Below, piece after piece: positions 45,582 through 55,435 of a stretch of DNA of 64,000 nt. The position numbers and the translations under genes were made by a program. The notes under the pieces are model-generated. The model was not told where the DNA came from and ran no database searches. It worked only from the letters and a program-made list of their open reading frames with translations. Numbering within the stretch: position 1 is the first letter of the stretch; each line of letters opens with the position of its first letter. Source of the stretch: an uncultured Acidobacteriota bacterium (GTDB taxonomy: Bacteria > Acidobacteriota > Thermoanaerobaculia > UBA5066); the NCBI GenBank assembly GCA_963801475.1, contig CAWDEX010000003.1, forward strand, positions 80,904 through 144,903, given 5' to 3'.

Positions 45582-47604
45582 TCGCGGGGGCGCTCCCGAT
45601 CCTGAGGACGATGAGGGTCCTGTCGTCGACCGGATCATCTCCTCCGGTGAAGGCGCGCCATGCGGCCAGGATGCGGTCCCGCGCGGCCACGGCCGTGCCC
45701 CCGGCCGTTTCGGCGAGCACGGCCTCCAGCCGTGCGAAGCCGAACTCCTCGTCGCTTCCCGGGCGCGTCGCCTCGACGATTCCGTCCGAGAGGAGAACCC
45801 AGAGGTCTCCCGCCTCGAGGGGAGCTTCGACCGTCCGGAAATGGACTGGCAGGCCGAGCCCCAGCGGGCGCGCCGGGTTTGCCAGGGGGGTGGCGGCGCC
45901 GGCGGGGGTGACGCGATACGGGTAGACGTGCCCGGCGTTCGTGTAGAGGACCTTCCGCTCGGTGAGGAGGATGCGGAGGTAGGCCATCGTCACGAACGTC
46001 CGGCTGTCGGTCGTCCGGGCGATCTCGGCGTCGAGGTCCGTGAGCAGCTCCTCGCCTGCCGCCCCCGATCGGACGAGGGCGGTGAGCGACGCCTTCGCCG
46101 AGGCCATGACGATTCCGGTCGGCAGGCCGTGCCCCGAGACGTCGGCGAGGACCACGGTCAGCGCGCCGGGGGGATCGCTGGCCACGAGATCGTAGAAGTC
46201 GCCGCCGATGGCCGCGGCCGGATGGAAGTCGATGGCGATCTCCACGCCGGGGCAGGCGAAGTCGGCGGGCGGGAGGAGCCGCCGCTGGAGGTCGCGCGCG
46301 AGCTGCAGCTCATGCTCGAGGGCCTGCTTCTCGGCCCGCTCCGCGACGCTCGCCTCGAGGTGGGAGGCCATGTCGTTGAAGCCGGAGACGAGGCGTGCGA
46401 GCTGGTCGCTCCCTTTCAGGACGACGCGGTGCGCGAAGTTCCCCGTTTCGATCTCGGCGACCCCCTGCGACAGCCGCCGCGTGGCCCGTGAGATCCGGAG
46501 GACCAGGACGGCGGCGGTCAGCGTCGCGAGGAGGAAGACGGCGAGCGCGGCGCCTCCGAGGAACCTCATGACGGCGAGGGCGACGTCGGACGAGCGGGTC
46601 GCGGCCCTCCCGACCCGGATCTCGCCGAAGAGGTGATCGGCCTCCTCGGCGATGGACGACTGCAGGAGGACGACGAGGCGCTCCCCGGGAAGCGGCTGAC
46701 CGGTCGCCCAGTCCACGTGGTCCACCGTGAGGGCCACGGGATAGAGGATCCAGCGGCCGAAGATCGGGCCGGAGCCGGCAGGGGGCGCTGCCGACGCGAG
46801 CGAGCCTTTGGCGCTCGCCTCGGTCCGCTCCAGGTCGAAGCGCTCCTTTCCGAGCGAAAGCCTCGCCCTGGATCCGCCCGCGGGGGCCTCCTCGGGCGCG
46901 GGACGCGCCCGCCGGATGTCGAGCTCCATGCCCAGATCGCGCTCGAGGGCCGCGCGGAACGCCGCGCCCGTCCGGAGCGTCAGGACGAGGACACCGCTCT
47001 TGCGCCGCTCGATGGCTGCGAAGAAGTTGCGCGTCCCGTCGTGGCCGATGAGGAGGGCGGGAACCCGGGGGAGCCAGTCCCGCGGCAGGAGCGAGGTGCC
47101 GTCCGGCGTGCCGAGCGACTCCTCGCGGCCGCCGGCCGGAACGTAGTCGTAGCCGGCGTCGCCGAAGAACCTGACGGGACCGGCCAGCTCTTCGAAGGCC
47201 GCCCGGCGCGCGGCCGCGTCCGGCGCGTCCTCGAAGCGGTCCGCGAGCAGCCGGGCCGTCTTCAGAAGAGTTTCGCGCCGCGCCTCGAGCGCCCGCTCGG
47301 CCCGCTGGCCGGCCACCTGCGCCGCCACGAGCCAGGCTCCCGCGTAGGCCACGACGACCAGGAAGAGGAGCGGCGTGACGAGGAGAAGGTACGAGACGAC
47401 GAGTCGGCTACCGACGCGCCAGAGGAGCCCGCGCGCCAGGTGGCGGAAGGCGCTCGCCGCGAAGACGGTCCCTGCGACGGCGACGATGAGGGCGCCGGCG
47501 GGACTCCAGAAGCCGCCCGGAAGGCCGGCCGCCCCCGCCGAGAGAAGCACGACGCCGGCGAGGACCGAAAGGCCGCTCCGGCGAAAGGTCTTCGTCAGCG
47601 TCAT
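45574..47604 (-). CDS. membrane-anchored HAMP-domain PP2C-type (SpoIIE/RsbU-like) serine/threonine phosphatase
   Basis: It has two TM segments flanking a periplasmic-like region, a HAMP domain 'LSQGVAEIETGNFAHRVVLKGSDQLARLVSGFNDMASHL', and a PP2C domain 'GGDFYDL...ADVSGHG...LLSDGIVE'. An 8-nt overlap with the downstream GT87-like gene. Confidence 0.7.
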   Translation of the reverse strand: MTLTKTFRRSGLSVLAGVVLLSAGAAGLPGGFWSPAGALIVAVAGTVFAASAFRHLARGLLWRVGSRLVVSYLLLVTPLLFLVVVAYAGAWLVAAQVAGQRAERALEARRETLLKTARLLADRFEDAPDAAARRAAFEELAGPVRFFGDAGYDYVPAGGREESLGTPDGTSLLPRDWLPRVPALLIGHDGTRNFFAAIERRKSGVLVLTLRTGAAFRAALERDLGMELDIRRARPAPEEAPAGGSRARLSLGKERFDLERTEASAKGSLASAAPPAGSGPIFGRWILYPVALTVDHVDWATGQPLPGERLVVLLQSSIAEEADHLFGEIRVGRAATRSSDVALAVMRFLGGAALAVFLLATLTAAVLVLRISRATRRLSQGVAEIETGNFAHRVVLKGSDQLARLVSGFNDMASHLEASVAERAEKQALEHELQLARDLQRRLLPPADFACPGVEIAIDFHPAAAIGGDFYDLVASDPPGALTVVLADVSGHGLPTGIVMASAKASLTALVRSGAAGEELLTDLDAEIARTTDSRTFVTMAYLRILLTERKVLYTNAGHVYPYRVTPAGAATPLANPARPLGLGLPVHFRTVEAPLEAGDLWVLLSDGIVEATRPGSDEEFGFARLEAVLAETAGGTAVAARDRILAAWRAFTGGDDPVDDRTLIVLRIGSAPANG

Positions 47605-47648
47605 GGGTTCGTCGCCGATTCTGACAGAGCCGTTTCTATACTGCGGGA

Positions 47649-49646
47649 ATGTCCGGGAGCCCGTTCCTTCGGGACCTGATCGTCGTCCTCGTGGCGTCGT
47701 TCCCGGTCCTCTGGCTCTGCCGGCGGCTGAAGCTCCCCCAGATCGTCGGGTTCCTCGTGACCGGCGTCGTTCTCGGACCGCACGCTCTGGGCTGGGTGCG
47801 GGAGGCCGCGCGCGTCGAGGCGGTCGCCGAGTTCGGCGTCGCGCTGATCCTCTTCTTCGTCGGGCTGGAGTTCCCGCTCCGGCGGCTTCGAGCGCTCGGA
47901 AGGACCTCGCTCCTGGGCGGCGCGCTCCAGATGACGCTGACGGCGGCGGCGGCGGGAGCGGCCGCGGTGGCGGCCGGCTTCCCGGCGAACACCGCTTTCC
48001 TCCTCGGCCTCCTCGTCTCCGTCTCCTCGACGGCCGTCGTCCTGCCGCTCCTGAAGGAGCGCGACGAGCTGGCGAGTCCCTATGGGCGGACCTTTCTCGC
48101 CGTCGCTCTCTTCCAGGACCTCGCGGTCATTCCGATCCTCCTCCTCCTCCCCGCGCTCGCGCCCGGGTCGGTCGGGGCCTCGCTCCTCGGCGTCGTCTCC
48201 CGCGTCGGCCTCGCCGTGGCGGCCGTCGTCCTCCTCGTGGCCGTGGCCCGGAACGTCGCGCCGCGGCTTCTCGACGGCGTTGCGCGTATGGGGAGCCGCG
48301 AGATCTTCACGGGGGCGGTCGTCGTCATCGTCCTCGGGATGATTACCGCGGGCGAGCGGGCGGGCGTCTCGGCGGCGATGGGCGCTTTCGCGGCCGGCAT
48401 CGTCCTCGGCGAGAGCGACCACGTCCATGAGGTCGCCGCCACGCTCGCGCCGCTTCGCGACCTCCTCTCGAGTCTCTTCTTCGTCTCGGTGGGGATGCTC
48501 CTCTCGCCGGGCTTCCTGATCGAACACCCCCTCGAGGTGGCGGGCGCGGTCGTGCTCCTCGTGGTCCTGAAGACGGGCGCCGCCTTCGGCGCTCTCCGCC
48601 TGGCCGGTGTCGTCCCTCGGACGGCGCTCCGGGCGGCGCTCGCGCTCGCCTCGATCGGCGAGTTCTCCTTCCTCCTTTCGCGGGCCGCCCGGTCGCTGGG
48701 CCTCGTCTCGGACGAGACGGGGCAGATCGTCGTCGCGGCGGCCGTTCTCACGATGGCGCTCGTGCCGCTCCTCGTCGCCGCCGGGCCCCGTGTGGCGGTC
48801 CGGATGCCGGAGCAGGTCGAGGCGGCCGCCGAGGGAGAGGAGCCGCGGCTTCAGCGCCACATCGTCGTCGTCGGGGCCGGTCTCAACGGCACGAACGTGG
48901 CGCGCGTCCTCGCCGAGACGCGAATCCCCTACGTCGTCATCGACCTGGACGTCGAGAGGATCGCCGAGGCCCGGCGCGAGGGCCTCCGGACCGTACGGGC
49001 CGATGCGACGGGCATCGAGGGGCTCGAGGCGGCGGGCGTGGCCCGGGCCCTGGGCTTCGTCGTGACGATTCCGGACCCCGACGCGGCCCGCCGCGTCGTC
49101 CGCCTCTGCCGCCAGAAGAACGCCTCGGCGCGCGTCATCGTCCGGACCCGCTACATCCGCGAGGTCGAGGCGCTCCGGGCCGTCGGCGCGGACGAGGTGA
49201 TCCCGGAGGAGTACGAGACCTCGATCGAGCTCGTTTCGAGGGTCCTCCATCTGCTGCACGTGCCGGGGAACGTCATCGGGACGCAGATCCGGATCCTCCG
49301 CGACGAGGCGTACCGGAAGCTCCGCGACCCGCAGGCGCGGACCGCGGGGGGCCGGCGCCTCTCGGCCCTCGTGGCCGCGGGGACGAGCGAGCTGTTTCTC
49401 GTCATGCCCGAGATGGCGGCCGAGGGTCGCACGCTGGCCGAGCTGAACCTCGCGCGGCAGCAGATCGCAGTCCCTGCCATCCTCCGCGACGGCGTCCCGC
49501 ACGCGCCCCCGCCTCCGGACTGGACCCTCGCCGCCGGGGACACGATCGTCCTCGTCGGCGCCCACGAGGACCTGACGGCCGCCATCGCGCAGCTCGAGGC
49601 GCCGACGGCGCCCGCTCAGGCGGACGGAGCGTCTTTTCCCAGGTAG
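47649..49646 (+). CDS. Kef-type cation:proton antiporter (CPA2) with TrkA-N/TrkA-C (RCK) domains
   Basis: A 12-13 TM Na_H_Exchanger-like core, then 'IVVVGAGLNGTNVARVL' Rossmann (TrkA-N) and a TrkA-C-like C-terminus. Confidence 0.8.
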   Translation: MSGSPFLRDLIVVLVASFPVLWLCRRLKLPQIVGFLVTGVVLGPHALGWVREAARVEAVAEFGVALILFFVGLEFPLRRLRALGRTSLLGGALQMTLTAAAAGAAAVAAGFPANTAFLLGLLVSVSSTAVVLPLLKERDELASPYGRTFLAVALFQDLAVIPILLLLPALAPGSVGASLLGVVSRVGLAVAAVVLLVAVARNVAPRLLDGVARMGSREIFTGAVVVIVLGMITAGERAGVSAAMGAFAAGIVLGESDHVHEVAATLAPLRDLLSSLFFVSVGMLLSPGFLIEHPLEVAGAVVLLVVLKTGAAFGALRLAGVVPRTALRAALALASIGEFSFLLSRAARSLGLVSDETGQIVVAAAVLTMALVPLLVAAGPRVAVRMPEQVEAAAEGEEPRLQRHIVVVGAGLNGTNVARVLAETRIPYVVIDLDVERIAEARREGLRTVRADATGIEGLEAAGVARALGFVVTIPDPDAARRVVRLCRQKNASARVIVRTRYIREVEALRAVGADEVIPEEYETSIELVSRVLHLLHVPGNVIGTQIRILRDEAYRKLRDPQARTAGGRRLSALVAAGTSELFLVMPEMAAEGRTLAELNLARQQIAVPAILRDGVPHAPPPPDWTLAAGDTIVLVGAHEDLTAAIAQLEAPTAPAQADGASFPR

Positions 49647-51220
49647 AGGGTCTGCGAGGGGAACGCCAGGCTCGCCCCGGCGGCGGCGACGGCGTCCAGG
49701 ACCTGGAACAGGAGCTCCTCCTGCACCTCGAGAAAGCCGGCCCAGTCGGAGGCGAGGACATAGGCGCGGATCTCCACGTCGAGTGAGGAGGCGCCGAACC
49801 GGAGGAACCGGGCGCGGGCATCCTCCGGCGCGACGCGCGGGTGGTCGGCAAGGACCTTCCGGAGCGACTCGAGGACGGTCTTCAGCTGCGCCGGCGACGT
49901 CTCGTACCGGAGCCCGAGGACGTGGCTGAAGAGGAATCGGTCGCGGCTGGAGAGGTTCTCGATCTCCCGGGTCAGAAGCGTCCCGTTCGGGATCGATACG
50001 ACGGTGCGGGTTTCGGTGCGAACGCGCGTCGCGAAGAGCGTGATGTCCTCGACCGTCCCCGTGAAGGTCCCGATTCGGCAGGCGTCGCCGACCCGGAGGA
50101 TCTTGTCGCCGAGGACCGTGAAGCCGCCGAAGATGTTCTCGATGCTCGTCCGGGCGGCGAAGGCGAGGGCGACGCCTCCGATTCCGAGCCCGGCGACGGC
50201 CGCCGTGAGATTGACCCCGAGACCCGAGAGCCCGGCGAGGAGGGCGAAGAGAAGGACCGTTCCCTTCAGGATTCTCCGGCCCAGGGTGATCGTCGGGACG
50301 GCTGACGAGCCCGCCGCCGTGAAGCGCTCCCGCGCCGTCCCGGAGAAGGCGTCGATCAGCCGGAGGAGGAGCCAGGCCGAGGCGGCGACGAGCGAGACCG
50401 TGAACCACTGGCCGTAGCGGTAGCGGAACAGGAGCGGCAGCGAGAGGTACGGAACGAAGAGCTTGTGAAGGACGAGGGCGACGAGAAGTGCGACCGGGGT
50501 CCGCGCCGTCTTCATCGCTTCGCGGAGGTCGCCCTGCCGGCCGCGCTTTTCGAGCCGGCGCCAGAGGGGTTTCATGGCCACCGTGAGGCCGAACCATGCG
50601 ACGACGAAGAAGAGGGGAACGAGGCCCAGGAAGCCGATGAGCTGCCAGAGCTTGAGGGATCCCACCGGCTTCTTGAGCACCTCGGGGAGCGACTCCTCGA
50701 TCTCCGGGACGTTCAGCTCGTGGTAGAGGCGCGGGACGTCCCGGAGCGTCTGGGTGGAGAAGCGCCAGATCGGCGGACCCTCTTCCGGAGTTTCCCGGAC
50801 CAGGACGACGTCCACCCTCTCGTCGCCGACGACGATCTGTCCCGCCCGCTCGAGGTCCGGAGGAAGCCCGTCTGCGACGTTGCCGACGGCCGACGCGGAA
50901 AGGGCCTGGAAGTCGCCCGAGAACGCGTGGTTCAGCACGGCCTCGAGCTGCCGCGCCAGCGTCTGCCGGGCGGCGGGGACCGGGTTTCCGCGAAACTGGA
51001 GGAACTCGACGGCTTCGGCCCAGTTCGAGCGTGACGCCGCCTGGGCAAAGCCGATGAAGGTGCCGCGAGGGGTCTCGCGATGGTAGGGATCTCCCGCGAA
51101 CGGCTCGGGGGTCGGGGCCGGAGCCGGCGTGGGCTGGAGGGCCGGCAGCTGCCCCGCGGCGGGGGCGGCGAGGCCCGCCAGAAGGGTCAGGCCGGCGAGA
51201 AGGCGGCGGATCCGGCGCAT
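49616..51220 (-). CDS. mechanosensitive ion channel (MscS-family) protein with N-terminal periplasmic extension
   Basis: It has a signal peptide and an MscS TM3/beta-domain 'GGFTVLGDKILRVGDACRIGTFTGTVEDITLFATRVRTETRTVVSIPNG'. Its 3' end overlaps the convergent Kef gene by 31 nt. Confidence 0.7.
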   Translation of the reverse strand: MRRIRRLLAGLTLLAGLAAPAAGQLPALQPTPAPAPTPEPFAGDPYHRETPRGTFIGFAQAASRSNWAEAVEFLQFRGNPVPAARQTLARQLEAVLNHAFSGDFQALSASAVGNVADGLPPDLERAGQIVVGDERVDVVLVRETPEEGPPIWRFSTQTLRDVPRLYHELNVPEIEESLPEVLKKPVGSLKLWQLIGFLGLVPLFFVVAWFGLTVAMKPLWRRLEKRGRQGDLREAMKTARTPVALLVALVLHKLFVPYLSLPLLFRYRYGQWFTVSLVAASAWLLLRLIDAFSGTARERFTAAGSSAVPTITLGRRILKGTVLLFALLAGLSGLGVNLTAAVAGLGIGGVALAFAARTSIENIFGGFTVLGDKILRVGDACRIGTFTGTVEDITLFATRVRTETRTVVSIPNGTLLTREIENLSSRDRFLFSHVLGLRYETSPAQLKTVLESLRKVLADHPRVAPEDARARFLRFGASSLDVEIRAYVLASDWAGFLEVQEELLFQVLDAVAAAGASLAFPSQTLYLGKDAPSA

Positions 51221-51281
51221 CGGGCTCGCCGGAGATTACCTTGCCTCGCCCCGGCGCCGCGCTCGTGCGCCGATCCTGCGC

Positions 51282-51920
51282 TCAGTTGAGCTCGTCGTCC
51301 CTCGAGTACCAGGTGGAGGAAATGTCGAGACTCGCCATCAGGCCGCCCTGGTTGAGCTGGAAGATGGCGAGGCCGTTGACGAAGGCGGTCCCCGAGGCGC
51401 CTCCTTCATTCCCGGCGGCCGCGCGGGCCGACGCGTCGGCGTACCACCCGCTCGTCACGAAGCGCTCGAAGGTCTCGCTGTCCTGCATCAGGAAGACGAC
51501 GTGGTACTTCTGGCCGCCGAGCGTCAGGCCGATGCCGGCGCTCCCCATCTTCATGTAGATCCGCTTGCCGGTCTTCCGGTCGACCGCCACGCCCGTCCCG
51601 CCCGCGCCGGACAGGCCGACGCCGAACTTGAAGTTGTCGAAGACGGCATAGCCGAAGGCCTTCTCCAGCAGCTCCTTCGCTTTCGGCTCGCGGACCGTCA
51701 GCCGCTCGAGCGTCTCTCCGGCCATTGCGTCGACGGCCTTTCGCTTCGAATCGAGCCGCATCTCGGCCCACTGGTCCCGCGGCGTGGCCGCCGGCGCGGC
51801 CGCGGCCGGGGTGACGCTCGTTTCCTTGGCCGGCTCCTGGGCCCCGGCGGGGACGGTGGCGACCGCGAAGGGCGCGGCCAGGGCGAGGACGAGGGACGGG
51901 AAGCGTCGAAATCGACTCAT
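51282..51920 (-). CDS. secreted SYLF/DUF500 (Ysc84-like lipid-binding) domain protein
   Basis: It has a signal peptide and 'AFGYAVFDNFKFGVGLSGAGGTGVAV...GSAGIGLTLGGQKYHVVFLM', typical of the SYLF domain. Confidence 0.5.
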   Translation of the reverse strand: MSRFRRFPSLVLALAAPFAVATVPAGAQEPAKETSVTPAAAAPAATPRDQWAEMRLDSKRKAVDAMAGETLERLTVREPKAKELLEKAFGYAVFDNFKFGVGLSGAGGTGVAVDRKTGKRIYMKMGSAGIGLTLGGQKYHVVFLMQDSETFERFVTSGWYADASARAAAGNEGGASGTAFVNGLAIFQLNQGGLMASLDISSTWYSRDDELN

Positions 51921-51988
51921 GGGCAGACCTCCGGGAGGGAGGTTAACAAGTCCGGCGCCCGCGCGGCGCGACGGGGATCACAGGAGCT

Positions 51989-53984
51989 TCAGGGAGATTC
52001 GGCCGGGGCGTTGCCGGTTCGCGGCGGACGGAGGAAATCGAGCGGGGACCGGAGGGCATGGCGGCCGACGTGCCGGAGGACGCCGACCAGCTCGGAGAGC
52101 GGCATCTCGTAGGCCTGCGCGGCGTTCAGGAGGGAAAGGGAGAAGGCGACCGAGAGGTTCAGGACGAACATGACGCCGATCCCGGCGAGCCCGCGGAAGA
52201 ACCAGCCGCCGAAGAGCCACCGTTCCCCGAGGCTCGCGGCGGCGAGGGCCAGCGTGCCGGTGGAGAGCGTCACGTGGCGGACGTCGAAGGGAACGCCGAA
52301 GAAGCGGCCCACGGCGGGCGCGAAGCCGAGGAGAAAACCGAGCGCCACGTTCGTGGCCCAGCCGGAGGCGTTGTGCCGGAGCGACGCCGCCCATCGCTGC
52401 ATCCGCTCGCGGCCGAGGGTGTCGCCGAGACGGTGCTGTGCGAGCCCCTCCGGGATCCGGTGGACCGTGGCCCAGTTCTCGAACCAGCCGCCCGCGAGGC
52501 TTCCGAGCCAGAGGAGGACGCCGGTCAGCGCCGCGAAGAAGACGGTGCCGCTGTCGAGCGGACTGAGCGTCTCGAACGTCTGCCGCGCCTCCTCCTCGGC
52601 GAGAAAAGGCCGGCCGGCAAGGAGCCGGAAAGAGAATTCGAAGAACGTCGCGCCGAGGCCGACGACGCAGACGTTCGAGATGGCCGCGGCGAACTGGGAG
52701 CTGGTCAGGTTCGCAAAGACGACGGCGATCCGCTCCTCGCGGTCCTCTCCCTTCGTCTCCCGGATGATGCTGGCCAGCGTGGCCGCCGTCATGGCCGGCT
52801 GCTTCGTCGCGAGGACGAATCCGAAGGCCTGCAGGGCGAGGAAGCTGACGGCGTAGTTCAGGCCGAAAAGAAAGCTCTCGGGAAACGGGGCGAGATGCCA
52901 GCCGTGGACGGCCATCTTGATGGCGGCGGTGAAGACGGTCAGCGCTCCGCCTCCGGCCGCCGCGAGCCAGATGAGGCGGTACTCGCTCCGGGTCGCGGCG
53001 ATGTAGTGCTCGCCCGTCTCCCCGGAACGGTCCACGATCTTCCGGTCGAGGAGGCGGAGGTTCCATCGCACGAGGTGCAGGAGGCTCCGGTCCTGGTGGG
53101 CGAAGACGGCGAGGCGCGACAGCAGCCGGTGGAGAGCGCGCGACGTTTCCACGCCGTCGGGCGCCTCGATGACGTCGGCCATGAGGGCCATTCGCGTGAG
53201 GCACCGGTCGATCACCTCGAGGCCGAAGACGATCTCCACGCTGACGCCGGCGGTCTCGAGGTGCTGCTGGATGACTCTCATCTCCTTCCGGCAGTCGCCC
53301 GAGTCGCGACGGAAGGCCTTCGACGCGGAGGCGACGTCGCCGTCGCCGAGCCATGCCGTGAGGAAGGCGTCGCTGGACCTCGCGATCCGGGAGAACGGAG
53401 AGTCGGCGACGGAGACCGGCGTGGCGCGGGCGCGGAGCTTTCGGGACAGTCCCTGCGCCTGTACCCGCGTGGCGAGGAGCCGGAAGCCGTCGGCGAAGGC
53501 GCCGCGCACCGGCGCCCAGGCGGCGCGGCTCCGGGGCGTTGCGGAAGAGCCGGACGAGGCGGTGAAAGTCGTCGAGCGGGCGCTCGCGGAACCGCCGGAC
53601 CTCGGCTTCGGTCCGGAAGAGGCGCCGGAGCGCGCGGGACGGGTCGCGGTCGTCGCGGGGAGCGGGGACGAGGCGGGCCGAGAGGCGGTCTCCGAACTCG
53701 GCGAGGAAGCCGCGTTCGCCGGGGATGCCGGTGTCGCCGAAGAGATTCGTGGCGTCGGTCTGGGTGAAGAATCCGGTCAACGCCCGGCCGAACAGGTCGC
53801 GGCGCTCTCCCGGCGACTCGAGCATCTCGATCGCGGCGGCGAGGGGCCGGGCCCCGGCGGCGCTCTCTTCGACCGCGCGAAGCGCCCGGACGAGACGGAC
53901 GAAGCCGTCGGACCTCTCGCCGGCAGTCGCCGCGGAGGTAAAGGCCGCGAGCGCGGCGTCGAGATCGTCGGGTGTCTGCGCCAT
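51989..53984 (-). pseudogene. polytopic membrane protein (PF10136 'site-specific recombinase'-annotated family-like), apparently frameshifted near 53510-53560
   Basis: The C-terminal ORF 51989-53509 has at least 6 TM segments. A plausible N-terminal 160-aa portion (ATG about 53984, MAQTPDDLDAALAAF...) is open in a different frame of the same strand and runs into the start of the downstream ORF. Family assignment is from memory and is low-confidence. Confidence 0.3.
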
Positions 53985-54058
53985 GCGACGGCGCATTCTA
54001 GGGAATCGCCGCCGCGCCAGGGGGCCGGTCCGGCCAGACGTCAGACGGCGGTGGCGGT

Positions 54059-55141
54059 TCAGGCGCCGGCCGGCGGGATTCCCCGCCAATATTGCGGCGG
54101 GATGCGGAGGCTCTTCGTCTGGCCGAGGACGCGCGCCGCGTGGACCGGCCAGTAGGGACTTCGCAGCTCCTCCCGCGCCAGGAGGACGAGGTCGGCGCGG
54201 CCGTTCCGGACGATCTCGTCCGCCTGCATCGGCTCGGTGATCAGACCCACGGCAGCGGTGAGGATCCCGGCCCCGCGCCGCACCGCCTCGGAGAGCGGAA
54301 CCTGGTATCCCGCGCCGACGGGGACCTTCGCGTCGGGGACGAGGCCGCCCGAGCTGCAGTCGACGAGGTCGGCGCCTTCCTCCTTCAGCCGCCGCGCGAG
54401 GTCGACGCTCTCCTCGAGTGTCCAGCCTCCCTGGGCCCAGTCGGTGCACGAGAGGCGGACCGAGACCGGCCGGTCCTCCGGCCACGCCGACCGGACGGCA
54501 CGGAGCGCCGCGAGGACGAAGCGGATCCGGTTCTCGAAGGAGCCGCCGTACTCGTCTTCCCTTCGGTTCGAGAGGGGCGAGAGAAAGCTGTGGGCGAGGT
54601 AGCCGTGCGCGGCGTGCAGCTCGACGAGCCCGAAGCCCGCCTCGCGCGCGCGGACGGCCGCCGCGTGGAAGGCGTCGAGGATGGCCGCGATGTCGCTCTT
54701 CGTCATCTCCGCGGGGACCCGGTCCTTCGGCGAGAACGGGATCGCGCTCGGCGCCACCGTCGGCCACCCGCCGTCGGCATCGGCGAGGGATCCGCCTCCC
54801 GCCCACGGCACGGCCGTGGACGCCTTCCGCCCGGCGTGGGCGAGCTGGATGCCGGGGACGGCCCCCTGCTCCTTCACGAAGCGCGCGATCCGGGCGAGCG
54901 GCTGGGCGTGCGCGTCGGACCAGAGGCCCATGTCGGCGGGGGAGATCCGGCCGCGCGGCTCGACGGCGGAAGCTTCCACCATGACGAGCCCGGCGCCGCC
55001 GACGGCGCGCGAGCCGAGGTGGACGAGGTGCCAGTCGGTTGCCATCCCGTCCGTACAGCTGTACTGGCACATCGGCGAGACGCCGATCCGGTTCCGGAGC
55101 GTCGCGCCCCGAAGGGTCAGGGGGTCGAAGAGGTGCGGCAT
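54059..55141 (-). CDS. NADH:flavin oxidoreductase, Old Yellow Enzyme family (YqjM/NamA-like ene-reductase)
   Basis: 'GVSPMCQYSCTDGMATDWHLVHLGSRAVGGAGLVMVEASAV', 'HAGRKAS' and 'ELHAAHGYLAHSFLSPLSNRREDEYGGS' are OYE signature regions. Confidence 0.8.
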   Translation of the reverse strand: MPHLFDPLTLRGATLRNRIGVSPMCQYSCTDGMATDWHLVHLGSRAVGGAGLVMVEASAVEPRGRISPADMGLWSDAHAQPLARIARFVKEQGAVPGIQLAHAGRKASTAVPWAGGGSLADADGGWPTVAPSAIPFSPKDRVPAEMTKSDIAAILDAFHAAAVRAREAGFGLVELHAAHGYLAHSFLSPLSNRREDEYGGSFENRIRFVLAALRAVRSAWPEDRPVSVRLSCTDWAQGGWTLEESVDLARRLKEEGADLVDCSSGGLVPDAKVPVGAGYQVPLSEAVRRGAGILTAAVGLITEPMQADEIVRNGRADLVLLAREELRSPYWPVHAARVLGQTKSLRIPPQYWRGIPPAGA

Positions 55142-55435
55142 GAGGGGAGATTAGCGTCTCGGCGATTTCCGAGGCTCTGCGGGGAGGATCGCGCCCCATT
55201 AGCAACGCACGTACGAGCCGCTCCGGCTGGCCGCAGGCCCGCGTTCAGCGGCGAGCGGAGCGGGTTCGCCGGAACGCGGGGTCAGGCGCCTCCACCGATC
55301 GGCGGAGGATCGCCCGGCGTGGAGCGTTCAGCCGGAAAGCAGCAGATACCCGGCGAGCTGCAAGGCGGCCGGGGTCGTCGAAGAGACAAGAGGCGAGTCT
55401 GTGTGCCACGACCGTCCTGTTAGAGTTTCGGCCGG

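Noticed and set aside
47601-50597. A 998-aa minus-strand ORF antisense to the Kef antiporter gene.
   Set aside because: Its product is Arg/Asp/Glu/Gly low-complexity. The Kef frame has the transporter and RCK motifs.
51978-55205. A 1075-aa minus-strand ORF spanning the region of the Old Yellow Enzyme (OYE) family gene and the PF10136-like gene.
   Set aside because: Its translation is an Arg/Pro/Gly-rich low-complexity product that is antisense or out of frame relative to well-supported genes. This is a typical high-GC artefact. Only its short in-frame segment around 53984-53520 is used, as the possible N-terminus of the frameshifted membrane-protein gene.
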